Shown here: positions 1 to 12,954 of the stretch, in pieces
How the letters are laid out: each line of letters opens with the position of its first letter
Position numbering within the stretch: position 1 is the first letter of the stretch
NCBI GenBank assembly: GCA_001662655.1
Contig: KV460216.1
DNA: 58,791 nucleotides
Direction: 5' to 3' (one strand)
DNA from: Pseudogymnoascus verrucosus
Lineage: Eukaryota
The notes under the pieces: model-generated
The model's input: only the letters and a program-made list of their open reading frames with translations
Database searches by the model: none
What the model was told of the DNA's origin: nothing
Translations under genes and position numbers: made by a program

Positions 1-2787
1 CTGCGCGTCAACGGGGTAACACGCATCGCCCACGAGCACCGCACACATGCCCGCAAGGGCGCGCACATCTGTGCGACCCAATTGATCGCCCAGACACCTC
101 GCCAGCGGATCAACAAGACACAGCGCATGCCCGCCATCGCCGACTTCAGCCCTGATATAGCTCGAGGCAGCGCGGAATAGGGTTTCCAGGTGCGGAATCC
201 CCTCTAACACGACAGTAGTAAGGCCGTACTCGAGGACCCGAACAATGCCGCGAAGGACATCGCCTTCTTGCGGTTTATTAGCGCTAGAGCTGGGTGTATG
301 GCTGTGTCCATCATCGGCGCCCTCGGTGATGGCTCCAGCGAGCATATCAGCAAGAACGGACCATACCGTCTCAGAAGGAGAGACGTCAGACCCGCGCACT
401 GCTTCGGGGAGGCACTGCACTAGATCCTGGCAGAACTCGAAGCGTGACGTGCGCGAAGTCCGGGCCTCGTAAAAAGGGTTGAGGATAGCGCGAACGGCGG
501 CCTTGTAGGTAGTGCTGCACTGGAGGTCCGATGCTGCTTCGACAAGGAGGAGGATGAGGTATTGGAGTGGTGATTTAATTGTTTTCGGGAGGCGGTGAGA
601 GGATGGCGTGGCGACGGCTAGGAAGGCGTTTTGTTCGGTAATGGAGAGCTTTTTCTCGGTGAAGGGTAGCATGCCGAGGATACTCACGCTCTCGGTTATG
701 AGGTACACCATGCCGTCGAGGTAGGCTGCTGAATCCATAGTTTCGCGCTGCGTAGCTGGCTGAGGACCCTTCTGCCAGAATCTGCGTAGCATAGTGAAGA
801 TCCGTGCTACGCATTCCATGGTTTCATTAGAGACTTTAATCTCCTTAGCCCCCGCAGCAGCAACAGTCATCAAGAAGCTCCTCCACAACTCCGTAGCAGG
901 GCTCTGTGCCTTCCCGAGATCGGCGAATCGTTGCTCGAGAAGCTGCTCCATGACGTCTAGGACAGGCACGCAGTTCTTGCGCACCCACTTCGAGTCGAGG
1001 GATGGGAGCTCGCTGGGCTTGACTAGTTCAGCGGCCATGGCGCGGTCTTGTTTCCATGGCGTGGCAGATGATTGCGTTGAAGGCTCGAGTAGCGAGTGTA
1101 GGATCTCAATTGCCTGCTCCACGCCATCCAACCCTGGTGTTCCTTTATCCGCGCCTTGCTCTGTGGTGGTAGTTGCCAACTTCCCAACTAGCGGAACGAC
1201 GTAAGAATCCCAGTATAAACTCAGCTGCGCATGTGACGCAGCAGGATTCAGAGTATAATACAGCAGATTGCAAATACTGCTAATAGTAACCTGAAACATC
1301 TCCTTCCCCTGCTTACTACTATTCTTGCGGTTGAGCTGCCCAATAAACGGCTGATGCAGCATCTTGATGAAGCGGGGATTTGTCTTCTCGTCAGGTCGGA
1401 TGGCAAAGACGAGTCTGTTCCAGGCGAAGTTGGCTTCGCGCTTGACTTCAGGGTCGCCGCTGTTGAAGCACTTTTGGAGGGTTTGGAACCACGGGGTCAT
1501 GAATTCCCAGTGCTCTAGTTGTGATGGGCGTGAACGGAGGGATAGGGTGACCACGCTCCATATCTGCGGTACGGATGGCACATCTTGCTTGGTTTGGATG
1601 GCGGTATTAAGACGGCTGGCATAGTAGTTTCCGTACTTCCCCCCTTTCTCGTGAGGTGCTTGGAACAACTCCACCACAGCCCGGGATACCTTTAATTGCG
1701 TCCCAAACTGCAGCGCTGCTTCGAATCCGAATGCAATGACCGGGTTGCGAACTTCTTTGACGCTAACAAGCATATCCTCAAACATATCCTTAAGCCAGTC
1801 ATTATTCGCAACCAAAGCTGGCTTCGCCTGCTTCAAAAGCTTCCTGTATATCCCCAGCCGTCCAAGCACAATGCTCTTCCCCCTAACATGCTCGGCGATT
1901 TCGTGTGTAGCCTTGAGCACCCGCGCCGCTCGGTCGGGCGTCATGATCTTCGGCGGGAAATTCTGTTGTCCAACCACAAACATGAGGTGCTTCGCAACAT
2001 CCTTCGAAACCTGCGGATCCTCGAAAGTCGCAATGGCATGCTCCAGTACGAAAACAGAAAAGTCAGTAGGCATCGGCTCCGTCTTCCAAAACAGGCTCGC
2101 AAGCAATATCAGCGCATTATTGATCAGCACCGTATCAGCCGCCCCAGACGGAAGTTGCGCCGTCATATCCCTCTGCACAAACTGCGCCAACAACCCCATC
2201 TTATCCCTCAACGCCCTCGGATCCGGCAGATTCCCCGTCGCCTTCAACACCCCCGAGAGCGACATATACGCATCGACCCTGCTCATCCTATCCCCACCCG
2301 CCAACTGCTTCGCCACCGACTCCAGCATTATCGCAAAGCCCACGTCTGTGATCGGCTCTATAGATTTATTATCAAAGCTCAATGAAGTCCGGTTCAGCGG
2401 GATGGTAGCCCCATTATACGGTTTCAATATCGACTTCGGCGGTTTCTGATCGCTCGACGGCGGCAGCGAACGTAGTATCTGATTCGAAAGCCTCGAGCTA
2501 CTCAGATTCAACACCCCCTCCTCCTCATCCACAATCGACCACCCCACCTTCTTCAGCGAGCGATTCGACGGCGTAGATATGCTGGGGGTGGTGGTGGACT
2601 CAGCTGACGACTTCGGCGATGCGTTGGGCGGCGTCTTGGTCCCTAATCCCATCGACAGTATTCGTCGAAGCAGGCGAGGCCGCGGCTCAGCGGCAGGTAC
2701 GGGTTCGGAGTCCCGCGGTGGTGTCGGGGGCCGGGGAGGAAGGTTCTCGAGACTTAGACTCCGTTTGGCGCCGGCTTGCAGCACCAT
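1..2787 (-). CDS. RIF1: Telomere length regulator / replication-timing factor Rif1, 5' part (runs off the left edge)
   Basis: ATG at 2787 (minus) gives MVLQAGAKRSLSLENLPPRPPTPPRD..., followed by the PP1-docking pair KKVGW (RVxF-like) and KSILK, typical of the fungal Rif1 N-terminus. It is absent from the ORF track, consistent with no stop inside the window. Confidence 0.85.
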   Translation of the reverse strand, partial: MVLQAGAKRSLSLENLPPRPPTPPRDSEPVPAAEPRPRLLRRILSMGLGTKTPPNASPKSSAESTTTPSISTPSNRSLKKVGWSIVDEEEGVLNLSSSRLSNQILRSLPPSSDQKPPKSILKPYNGATIPLNRTSLSFDNKSIEPITDVGFAIMLESVAKQLAGGDRMSRVDAYMSLSGVLKATGNLPDPRALRDKMGLLAQFVQRDMTAQLPSGAADTVLINNALILLASLFWKTEPMPTDFSVFVLEHAIATFEDPQVSKDVAKHLMFVVGQQNFPPKIMTPDRAARVLKATHEIAEHVRGKSIVLGRLGIYRKLLKQAKPALVANNDWLKDMFEDMLVSVKEVRNPVIAFGFEAALQFGTQLKVSRAVVELFQAPHEKGGKYGNYYASRLNTAIQTKQDVPSVPQIWSVVTLSLRSRPSQLEHWEFMTPWFQTLQKCFNSGDPEVKREANFAWNRLVFAIRPDEKTNPRFIKMLHQPFIGQLNRKNSSKQGKEMFQVTISSICNLLYYTLNPAASHAQLSLYWDSYVVPLVGKLATTTTEQGADKGTPGLDGVEQAIEILHSLLEPSTQSSATPWKQDRAMAAELVKPSELPSLDSKWVRKNCVPVLDVMEQLLEQRFADLGKAQSPATELWRSFLMTVAAAGAKEIKVSNETMECVARIFTMLRRFWQKGPQPATQRETMDSAAYLDGMVYLITESVSILGMLPFTEKKLSITEQNAFLAVATPSSHRLPKTIKSPLQYLILLLVEAASDLQCSTTYKAAVRAILNPFYEARTSRTSRFEFCQDLVQCLPEAVRGSDVSPSETVWSVLADMLAGAITEGADDGHSHTPSSSANKPQEGDVLRGIVRVLEYGLTTVVLEGIPHLETLFRAASSYIRAEVGDGGHALCLVDPLARCLGDQLGRTDVRALAGMCAVLVGDACYPVDAQ

Positions 2788-3029
2788 GGCTGATAGCTGC
2801 TGGGCCGTTGTGAGTGGGTGCCAGTGCCGTGATTCATAGAGGGTTAGGAGGCCATGGGGAGTATGGTGTGTGTGTGTGTGAGAGTTGGGATAATGACTCG
2901 GTTATGGTCGTGGTAGGTGTGTTGGATTTGGTGGTTTGGAGATTCGGTTGTTCCCCTGTCTGTTGGTGAGGTGGTTGAGGGTTTTCGTGATGCCTGTCAA
3001 TTTACTTTACTGCACGTTACTTTTTGGCG

Positions 3030-3070
3030 ACGCGTTATGCGCGTCGCGCTGGCTTAACCACTTTACGCGA
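3030..3070. promoter_or_regulatory. MCB-like (MluI cell-cycle box) cluster upstream of rif1
   Basis: ACGCGT at 3030-3035, GCGCGTCGCG next to it and ACGCGA at 3065-3070, about 250 bp upstream of a DNA-replication gene. Confidence 0.5.
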
Positions 3071-4448
3071 CCCAGGCTGCTTTTTTAGGAGAGCTTCCCC
3101 AGCCTCGTCTGGTATGTCAGGTGATGTCACGTGCGACCTTTTTTTGGTTTTGGAAATATCAAATCAATGGTATTTTACTGTAACTATGGTATTATAAGTG
3201 TGTAAGCTTCTTATTCTCGGTATCATCCTACTGACATGGCTTTTAAGTAAATATGCGCGGGTAGTTCACTCATAAACTCCTATCGGTCCTTCAACAACAC
3301 CACACCACTCTCTCCTCCCACCACAACATCTCCCCCAACATCCCGCAAAACTCCCTCCCTCTCCATACCCTCACTCCGGGTTGGTTCCTGTTTCTAGATG
3401 TTGGATGTTGGATATCATCCCAGGATATATATTCCCGACTCCAGTAACACCCCCCGTCACGTGTTAAACCAACATCCCATACCAACGAACGGCTAAATAC
3501 CACCTCCAAACACCAACAAACCAGCAGCCCCTCCCTCTCATCTCCTCCACCTTCCCCTTCCTACCATCCCCCCCACTCCACAAACCAGAGCCTATTCCCT
3601 CCCTATCGAGCGCCATGCATACACCCCGTCTCTAGTACCTGCACCCGAGCCGGATAGCTGAGACAGTAGCCCTGTGAGTGGCGTGGGCTAGAAGCCATGA
3701 TACCTGGGCGCGGCAGGGGGGTATCGTGGGTCTTTCACGGACTGTGAGGTGGTACGGGACATCCATGTATTGTGTTGTAATGAATGTACTCCGTGCTCTG
3801 GAGGACGTGCGTACGGTCGGTATGTTGATGGAGGGAGGGGAGGGGGAGGGTAGAGACGGGATGAGACGGGATGATAATGAGAGCCGAGGTATGTTCGGGT
3901 TCGGGGACTGGGGGGTGGTCGGACGGGTCAAGGGTGGTCAGTTGAGCCAAGGATTGGGGGTTAGGTTAGGTTAGTTATCATTTAGTATTCATGAGGTATA
4001 AGGGAGGAACATGGTTGCGCAGTATGCCAGTTTAGTATGATATGATTTCCGCGCTTATGATGCTGATCCAGATGCTAGATGCTGGAGGCCGTTTATAGTC
4101 CTGCATGCAGGTACAGTAAGATGATGCTATATAGAGTATATCCTTCCCAGGGGAAAAAAAAACCATAAATCCTTCCTACGCCCCCAACAGACTTCCTTTA
4201 GCTCTCCAAGATTCCAACAGCCTTCCTTCCTGACTCCCATCCTTCCTTCCTCCAACACACTAAACACACATCCCTTCCCTTACCCTCCCCTCTCGTCTTT
4301 CCACCTCAAGTAACAAACCTCATCATCGCCCTAATAGCCCTCGGATTCGGGCCTGCCACCACAAAAGTCAGCGCAGGCCCTTATAAGAACTCCATAACAC
4401 AACACAAGAAAGCACCACAACCACACCATCATCGCCCGCACACAGCAC

Positions 4449-6028
4449 TCAACGATACCTCTTCGGAACAATAAGACTCATCCTACCTTTCCTATCCCTC
4501 CTCACCGCCGCCACCGGCTCCACCACCACCTCCCCCCTCTCATACAGCACGAGCTCCCCCTCCTCTCCACGCCTATAATCCGCATCCCCAATCCTTTCCA
4601 CCCTCACGATCCGTCCCTCCCCCTCATACCTAGGATGGCGATGTCGATGTCCCGACCCGAACACCGGGATCGGGGCTAGGGCGAGACTGGACTCGATGTG
4701 TCGCGGCGTCGGGCCCATGCTGCGACTCCGATAATGGTGGTGGTGGTGCGGACTACCGTAGCGCTCTTCGTAGATGGTGGCGGAGGTGGTGGTGGTGACG
4801 AGGTCGGTGGAGGGGGTGGAGGGGGGGTAGCGGGAGCGGGGGGGGTCGACTTGGATTATCTCGGGGACTTGGGAGTAATCGATTGGTGCCGGGGGAGGGG
4901 GGGTAGGGACGTGGATGACTTGCTGATGGTGGTGGTGGTGGACTGGGGGAGCCGCGTAGATGGGTTGTGGGATGGGAGGTGAGTAGACTGGTCGCTCGAT
5001 GGGGGGTGGGATGGGAGCTGGGGCGGGGGGTGGGGTGTAGATTGTTTCGGTGTGTCTTTCTTCGACGATTTTGTCGACGTGTTCGGTTTCTGGGAGTGGT
5101 GGTTAGTATGGACTCACATGGGTTTATGGTGGTGGAATGGATGGGTGAGGTAGGTGGGTGGATAGGAGATGGCGAGGTAAGAATGCGACCTACTAGTCTC
5201 TCTCCTGTATTTCTCGCTGAGCTGGAGAACCTCATCGATATGTTCGCGCCCCAGGGCCTTCTGGATAATAATCGTCGTGTCCTCCTCCACAAACGGATAC
5301 CCCAACTCAATAATCGCCCTCTTACTCACCATCCTCGCCGGCATCCTCGTCTTCCCCCTCTTCGGAAACTGGCTCTTCCCCGTCCTCACCGAGCTCGCCA
5401 GCGAGTACTCCGAGCTACTCGTGCTGCTCAAGCTGCGACTCCTACTCCGTCTCCTCTCGCGCACAACCTCCCTCTCCCTCACACGCTCCGCGGGGTATGC
5501 CCTCTCCTCCTCAACCTCGCGATCGCGTCGCACAGCCACCGGCCCTGCCTCCTCTCTCTGCATGTATCGCGGCATAGTCGGCTTGCGGTCGAATGTATCG
5601 AGACTACTCTGCCGCCTCAGCATACTCGGCCTCACAGGCCTGACAGGTCGTCGAACACGCTCCCGCTCCGGACTCGGGTCGCGGTAGTACTCCCTCTCCC
5701 TCTCCACCTCGCGTTCGACAGTCGTCCTGCTCCTGACTGGAAGGTCTCGTGGGGGTTCATCGCGGTAGACCTCCCGCTCGCGCTCGCGCACGTAGTCATC
5801 TTCGTAAGCTGCCCGTGATGGAGGACCGCGTCGGTCAACAAACTCGTCGCTGGAGGCGGAGTGGTCGCGAGCGCGGCGGGAGGGACGGGCGGGCCCGCCG
5901 CGGTCATCGAAGCGTTCGAGGTCGCGGTCGCGGGGTCGGTCACCTCGCTCGTTGGCGAAGCGGTCGGCATCGTCCCAGCGCTGGGCTGACCGCGGCGGGG
6001 CGTAGTCGGTATATGGATCTCTGGGCAT
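4449..6028 (-). CDS. Conserved fungal Arg/Glu/Pro-rich protein with DUF8035-type domain (2 exons)
   Basis: Exon 6028-5194, intron 5193-5090 (GTAGGT...ACTAAC...CAG), exon 5089-4449. Motif FPKRGKTRMPARMVSKRAIIELGYPF..EDTTIIIQKALGREHIDEVL, and C-terminal RRDRKGRMSL. Confidence 0.75.
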
Positions 6029-7929
6029 TGTTTGGGCGGCCTCGATGTTTTGTCGGGGTTATGTTTTTCGGGGAATGAGGGTTTGGTGATATTTTTTTCT
6101 TGCAAGATGGAGGTGTTTGTTTGACCCCGCTCTGTCTCGTCACCACCCACCACAGGGATCATTACCTGTCCTGTCGCGAAACTTGGCGATCGCACACAAA
6201 TTGACAACTACGTAACCACGCATCCATCCACCAGCCACAATAAGAGTGCCGCCACACATCGATATACACAGGAAATAAGTGTTTTTTTGATTAATCTCGC
6301 GATCCTTGTATATCAGCCACCCTTCTTCCCTCCCTCTGCCTTCCTTCCAATCGCTCCTCTTCCATCCCACCTTCTCGTTCTCCTCCTACCCCCCCCCCCA
6401 AAACATCCCCGTCTCCCTCAGCCTTCGCCCCCTTCCCCTTCCCTTCCCTCCTCTCCCCTCCTCTTCATGCCTGACCCTTGTTTATACCATGCCAATCCCA
6501 TGCTCTTCCCATGCTCATCCCCCATGTCTACCACCATCCACCACCCATGAGACCATGACCATCCCATACCTTCCCATGCCCATCCCCTGCCTTCTCCTCC
6601 CTTGAAGTCCTTGAAGTCCACGAGTCCTTAGCATGTGGCATGGACCCTGGTTTCCGTAGAGTTTCCCTGACTTCCCTGCCTCCCCTGCTCTTTCTCCATC
6701 ATCTCCCTGGCTCTTTCTCCTCTTTTCTCCATCAAATTACTCACTAGCGCACGCCGTCGCGTCCACTACGACCTTCCATCCTTCCACACATACAGTACGC
6801 ACTGTACACAACAGTGCACAGCACGGTATTTGTGTGTATTTGTGTGTACACGAACAGCATGGTTTAACGATTTAGTACTGTGCAACTATCCAATACACAC
6901 ACTCTCTCTCGCCTTCCTACGGCAGAATTCGAAGACTATTCGGCCCTCGAGTATTCGGCCCTCGACTAGACTTGCAGACAATACAGCAGTCTACGAATTG
7001 AAGGTCAGCCTGGATCACAGCCTGCATCACATCCTGCATCACACTCCAACAACACCCTGCGTTGCCCTGCATCACTCCCATCACTCGGAGCCACTCGTCG
7101 GGACTCTGTCTGCGTGTAATACTGGTAATACTGCAAGACACCCACCGATACTACCCAAGGACCCCCCGAGGACCCTCCGGGATACTCCCTTGTCCCACAT
7201 CAATACCCAGCGGCTTGGGCGAAATACTTCCTCCCTCCGTTACGAGTTACAACTTACGACTTACGGCTTCTACAATAGCCTGCGACAACAGACTATAACC
7301 GTCAATATCGAACTAGCCAGCCTGAAAGGACACTATTGGGACTCCCAGACTGAGCCCAGAGAGCGGAGAGAGGGGACAAGAAGAGACAAAGACACACAAA
7401 GAGGGGCTCGACCACACACCACTCGTCCCGCTGGGAACAAAAAGCCCCAAAAAGAATCCACAATTACCACCAAATCCCCAAATTTACCACCACCGACTAC
7501 TAAGGACTACTACGACCCCACCACAATTCGACCTCTCGAACCACTCGAATCACTCCACCGCATTACAACCTACCACTACCAACGCCACTATATCCTACTC
7601 TACCTCCATCGCTGCCTGCCATCTGTCATCCCAAGCAAAGAAAGACCTTCCAGCCCCAAACCCTCCCACCACGCCCAGCCGTGTCTTTCGGAACCCCCGC
7701 CACCAAGAAGATCCCCCAGATAGTCAACTGCTCGTGCTCACCTCACCTCCGCACTTTCCTCCGCTTCTGACGCCCCCACCTTTCACACCATCTACCACCT
7801 ACCTCCTTCTCTTCTCTCGGTCTGGACGACAACCTCACCCCAGCCTCGATTCCTCTTCCGACCTTTCATATATAATCATGGGCGATTGAGTCAACACATT
7901 CATTCCCTTTTGTGTATACCCTTTCAACA

Positions 7930-9808
7930 ATGAGATCCTCCAAGAGCGCGTCGGCGAAGGCTCCTCCGCCGCTGCTGACAGGCGCAGGTACGTTTGCCTT
8001 CTGACGCATCCTACTTTTGAACCACGAGCTAACCAGCTGTCGCAGCAAAACTCGCCGAAGTGAAGCGCCTTCTCGAGAAGTTGTCGCTGGACCTGCAGAA
8101 GATTTGCATGCTGCCACATCGTGAGCAAGACGTAGAGGTCGACGTGGATTCCACGAGGCTGACGGATATAGAGCGAGACGCGGCCCTCGAGCAGCTGAAG
8201 CTGTACGGTCGAGATCCAGTAGATGCCGAGCCCATCTTCACCCAAGAGGTACGTGAAGCGAATTGCGCCTTCATTCTCTATCCTCTACAATGCTAATCCC
8301 AATGCACCAGGGAATCGAAACCCTCACACGCCACGCCTTCAACAGTCCCTCCTTCACAACATCTCGCAATGCGCTGCGCTGCCTGGCGAATGCGCTCCTC
8401 CTCCGGGCCTCGTCGCGAGCCGTCTTTGTCGACCTACACTACGAGATGAAGCTGTGTCAGCGACTCAGCAACGACAATCGCGAAGACGAATTCCTCGTCT
8501 CGCGCATCATATTCCTCACGACATACGGCGGTAACATGGACCTTGAGAACCTGATCGACAACCACCACCTCGCCGAGAACATCAACCAAAACATCTCGCG
8601 CCACGCCAAGCAGTACGACGAGGTGCAGAAGATCGAGAAGAAGGAGAGCGACCGCTCCTCGGCCTCGTCCATGTCCACGAAGGATAGGGAGAAGAGGGAG
8701 AAGAAAGAGAGGAAGGCCAAGGAGAAGGAAATGAAGAAGAACGCCAAGAACCCCGAATCCACCGAGCCGGACCCGATGGAAGACATGTCCCTGGCTGAAA
8801 CCCTCAAGCTCCTCTTCAACACCACCCACTTCTGCCGCGAGCGCGCCTCCGCCTTCGTCCCCGCCATCCCCTCCATCATGCGCCTCCTCCTCAAGCGCGC
8901 CGTCGCCCCCACCAACCCCATGGAGCCCCCCACTGCCCAACTAATCAGCGCCCTCATCAACCTCCCCCTCGACCTCGCCGAGTCCCACCTCTTCCCCCGC
9001 TCCGACCCAAAGATCCACGTCGAGCGCCTCGTCAACCTCCTCGACCTCGCCACAGCCGCATACCCAGAGCGCGACCTCGAACAGCAGGTCTCACCCCTCC
9101 TCTCCCTCCTTCGCAAGATCTACGCCGTCGCGCCGCGGCCTGTTAAGGTGCACCTCCGCATGCTCCTCCTCCCGACGGCAGAGGATAGACTAAAGCCCTT
9201 GGGCGCGACTAATACCCTCTCCTCGCGCATCCTCAAGCTGTCTACCTCACCCCTCGCCCCTACGGCGCGCGAAGAGCTCTCCCACCTCCTCTTCGAGATG
9301 AGCGACAAGGACGCCAAGAATTTCGTCCAGAACGTCGGGTACGGCTTCGCCTCGGGCTTCTTATTCCAGAATAACGTGCCGATCCCAGAGAACGCCTTAG
9401 ATGCGTGGAGTATCAACGATTCGGCGAGTATGGGCGGGCGCAGCAGCGTAGGGGAGAGGAGTAGCAGTTCCAGCGCCAGGACATTTGGGATGGTGGGCGG
9501 GAAGGCGGTGAATCCGATTACGGGGCAGACGCTGGAGAGTGAGGAGCCCTGGGAGGGACCGAAGATGACGAGGGAGGAGAAGGAGAGGGAGGCGGAGAGG
9601 TTGATGGTTATGTTTGATAGGTTAGTTTTTCCTCCTCGGTTTTACTTCCCCTTGTGTTACGGTCTGGATTACGATGAGGGTGGGCTAGAAGCTAACTTGA
9701 TGATCAAATAGATTACAGAAGAACGGCATCATCAAGACAGAAAATCCAATGCGGACGATGCAGCATGAGGGTCGGTTTGAGGAGCTGTCGGATGATGATT
9801 CGAGCTAG
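7930..9808 (+). CDS. ric8: Guanine nucleotide exchange factor / G-alpha chaperone Ric8 (synembryn), 5 exons
   Basis: ATG 7930. Introns 7988-8045, 8121-8171, 8249-8310 and 9621-9711 have GT..CTRAY..AG signals. Motifs ALRCLANALL, FVQNVGYGFASGFL, VNPITGQ and EEKEREAERLMVMFDRL. Stop TAG at 9806-9808. Confidence 0.92.
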
Positions 9809-10389
9809 ATGCTCTCGTTGTCTCGGTAGTGTGGGTTGTGGGTTTGGGGTTGGTTGGATTGGATCGGATCGGATTGGGGTTGGATAACGGTGGTGGGTAT
9901 AGGAGGATATGGGGGACAGGGGGATATAGGGGATATTGGGGCATAGGGAAGCGCGGGGAGGGAAAAGGAAGAAGAAAGATTAATTCGATATTTTAATACC
10001 CTTGAATAGAGTATGTTTGGTGTATGGAGTTGAAACTTCTTTCTATGGTATACTTGGACTGTGTGTTTTTCACGTGTTAAGAGGTGAGAGGTTGGTGGTG
10101 TTCATGATATCTTCTCTAATTTATGTTTTCGTCACATATAATTCCCATGCTTTGGCAGCTTGATTCCGCCTTGATATCCGTATCTTCATATCCTTCACCA
10201 CAATCTCCCAGCTATCACAGTGGATCTTTAGCCAACTGTATCTCCTGTTGTGCATTTCCAGCACAACAACTCCTTTCCCAGGCGATCGTAGACTCGAGGG
10301 AGGTCACGGCCCAGCCAGCCACCCTCCGCATCTTCATCCACGCACCACTCAACCGACCTGTCAACCCGATCATCAACTCGCTTGGGTAC

Positions 10390-10878
10390 TCAAACAGAAA
10401 CATACGCCCGCAGCGCCTTGACGAGGTCGCCCTCATTCGCCTTCAACAGCTCCGTAGCTTTCGGTTTCGAGAGCTCGAGTTCCTCAATCTATTCCCTCAC
10501 ACGTTAGCCAATGTCCCTCCCCTCTCCCCTCCTCCTCCTCCCCCCGGAAATCATCACGAAATAACCATAACTCACCACAACCTTCACATCCCCCGCCTCA
10601 ACCTTAACCACCTTCTTCACCTCCTCCTCTTTCTTTCCCCCAACCTTTCCCCCCTCTCCCCCCGCCCCTCCACCCCCACCAAGACGATCCATAGCCTTCC
10701 TCACCGCCTCAACATCGACATCCTGCTTCGTATTGCTGTCATCGTCGCGCGGCGTATCGAGAGACGAGAGCGCAGCGGCTGCTTTACGGTCTTCCGCCGA
10801 CGCGGGGGGGAGTTCCTCGGAGATGTCGCCGCTGGGCGTGGGGCCGGGGGTTAGGGTTGGGGGTTGGGGGTCGGTCAT
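10390..10878 (-). CDS. HYPK-like small protein with C-terminal NAC-alpha/UBA-like domain (2 exons)
   Basis: SAEDRKAAAALSSLD motif. An intron follows KVEAGDVKVV (GTGAGT...GCTAAC...TAG). The last exon reads IEELELSKPKATELLKANEGDLVKALRAYVSV*. Confidence 0.8.
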
Positions 10879-11191
10879 TCTGTGTGCTGGGTTGGGTGGT
10901 GAGGTGGTGTGGTGAGGTGGAGATGTGGTGGAAGGTGGTAGTGTTCGGAGTACTGTGAGATTTGTGAGACGGGTGGTGGTGGTGAGGTTGTCGTGGGATT
11001 GGGGAGGTTCGTTGGCGGTGGTGGTGGTGATGGCGGTGGGATTGGGGGGGGGGGTAACTAAAAGCGGGAGGTGATGATGGATGGATTGTCGTCAGGGATG
11101 CGTTGGTGGGGTGGTTTCTTGGCGTGGGCGGTGAGGGTTTTCTGCCCGAGATTTGTGGGAGCTGAGTTGTCATTTATGTGTTTCACTGCAT

Positions 11192-11198
11192 TGAGTCA
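11192..11198. promoter_or_regulatory. Gcn4/CpcA (cross-pathway control) site
   Basis: Perfect TGAGTCA about 170 bp upstream of the DAHP synthase ATG, as expected for an amino-acid biosynthetic gene. Confidence 0.5.
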
Positions 11199-11369
11199 CC
11201 TGGGAACAAACAACGAAGAAAAGAGAGCTGAACTTTGGCAATTGGATTCGGACTTTTGGATTACAACTTATAACTTCTTTCTTACTATCTTCCTTCCTCT
11301 TTACTACACTATATTTCAGGATATATTCACTTCCAAACACACAAACCACACACACAAACCGCACCAACA

Positions 11370-12954
11370 ATGGTCTCCATCCCTCAACCCCCCGCAGCGG
11401 CCCAGCCAACGCAAGAAATCAAACTCGCCGCCGCCAGTGCCACAAACACCGCCATGCCCACCACCACCAGCACCACCCCCTCGGGCACCTGGTCCCCCTC
11501 CTCCTGGACCACCAAGCCCATCAAGCAAGACGCCATCTACGCCTCCCGCCCGGCCGTCGAGCGCGTCCTCGCCAACCTCTCCCGTCTCCCTCCCTTGGTC
11601 ACCCCCAACGAGATCGAGAATCTCAAAGCCAAGCTGCGAGACGTGGCACAGGGAAATGCATTTCTCCTCCAGGGCGGGGATTGCGCGGAGCTCTTCGACT
11701 ACTGCCAAGATGGTGCCATTGAGAGTAAGATCAAGCTGCTGCTGCAGATGAGTCTGGTGCTTATCTCGGGATGTAATAAGCCGGTCGTCAGGATTGCGAG
11801 GATGGCGGGGCAGTATGCGAAGCCGAGGAGTAGCCCGATGGAGATGGTGGATGGGAAGGAGATTCCGAGCTTTAGGGGGGATATCTTGAATGGGTTCGAT
11901 GTTGGGGAGAGGGATTTGGATCCGGAGAGGTTGAAGAGGTGAGTTTGAACTGGGTGTGTGGGGGTGAGGTGATGTGGATGTGAACTGATGGGGTTATAGT
12001 GCATACTTCCATTCTGCGGCGACGCTCAACTTTGTGAGAGCCAGCTTGGCGAGTGGGTTTGCGGATCTGCATCGTCCGCTCGACTGGGGCTTGGGACATG
12101 TCCAGGACCCGGAGCTTCAGGCCAAGTACACGAAAATTGTCGACTCTATCACTGGCACTCTTCGCATGATGCGTGCTGTTGGTGTTGGCGCAGAGTCCTC
12201 TTCCGGTCTCCAGACCGTCGATCTGTACACGAGCCACGAGGGTCTCCTCCTCGAGTACGAGCAGAGCCTAACCCGCAAACTCCCCATCCCCAGCGAAACC
12301 ACCTCCACCGTCCCCGCGCCCGAGACCGACTCATCCACAACCGGAAGCAAGAAAGCCTACTACAACACCTCCGCCCACTTCCTCTGGGTCGGCGACCGCA
12401 CCCGCCAAATCGACGGCGCGCACATCGAGTACTTCCGCGGCATCGCCAACCCCATCGGCGTCAAGATCGGCCCAACCACCTCAGTCACCGACCTGATGGC
12501 CCTCCTGCGCACCCTCAACCCCACATGCGAGGTCGGAAAGATCACCCTCATCACCCGCTACGGCGCGTCCAAGGTGTCCGAGCTGCTGCCAGCCCACATC
12601 CGCGCCGTCGAGTCGAGCGAGTACAAGCGCTGCGTAGTCTGGCAATGCGACCCTATGCACGGCAACACGCGATCCACGCCCAGCGGGATCAAGACCCGCG
12701 TGTTCGGGGATATCTTCTCCGAGCTGCAGAAGACGCTGCAGGTGCACAAGGAGGAGGGGAGCTACCTGGGTGGTGTCCACTTGGAGCTCACGGGCGAGGC
12801 GGTCACGGAGTGTATGGGCGGGAGTGAGGGGCTGAATGAGGAGGATTTGGGGACTAATTATACGAGTTATTGCGATCCGAGACTGAATGAGAAACAGGCG
12901 CTTGAGATGGCGTTTTTGATCGCGGGGCATTATAAGGGTCAGGAGGCGCTTTGA
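11370..12954 (+). CDS. Class II 3-deoxy-D-arabino-heptulosonate 7-phosphate (DAHP) synthase (2 exons)
   Basis: Motifs LLQGGDCAELF, RMAGQYAKPRS, SHEGLLLEYE, SAHFLWVGDRTRQIDGAH, CDPMHGNT, GVHLELTG and YCDPRLN. Intron 11939-11999. Confidence 0.95.

Noticed and set aside
3631..3830. Possible TPP riboswitch or snoRNA (GCTGAGA, ATGATA)
   Set aside because: It lacks the downstream TPP core (ACCTGAT…) and properly spaced C/D or H/ACA boxes, and there is no thiamine gene nearby.
6830..7723. 297-aa ORF upstream of ric8
   Set aside because: TTG start, low-complexity T/P/H composition typical of a C/A-rich leader, and no recognisable motif.
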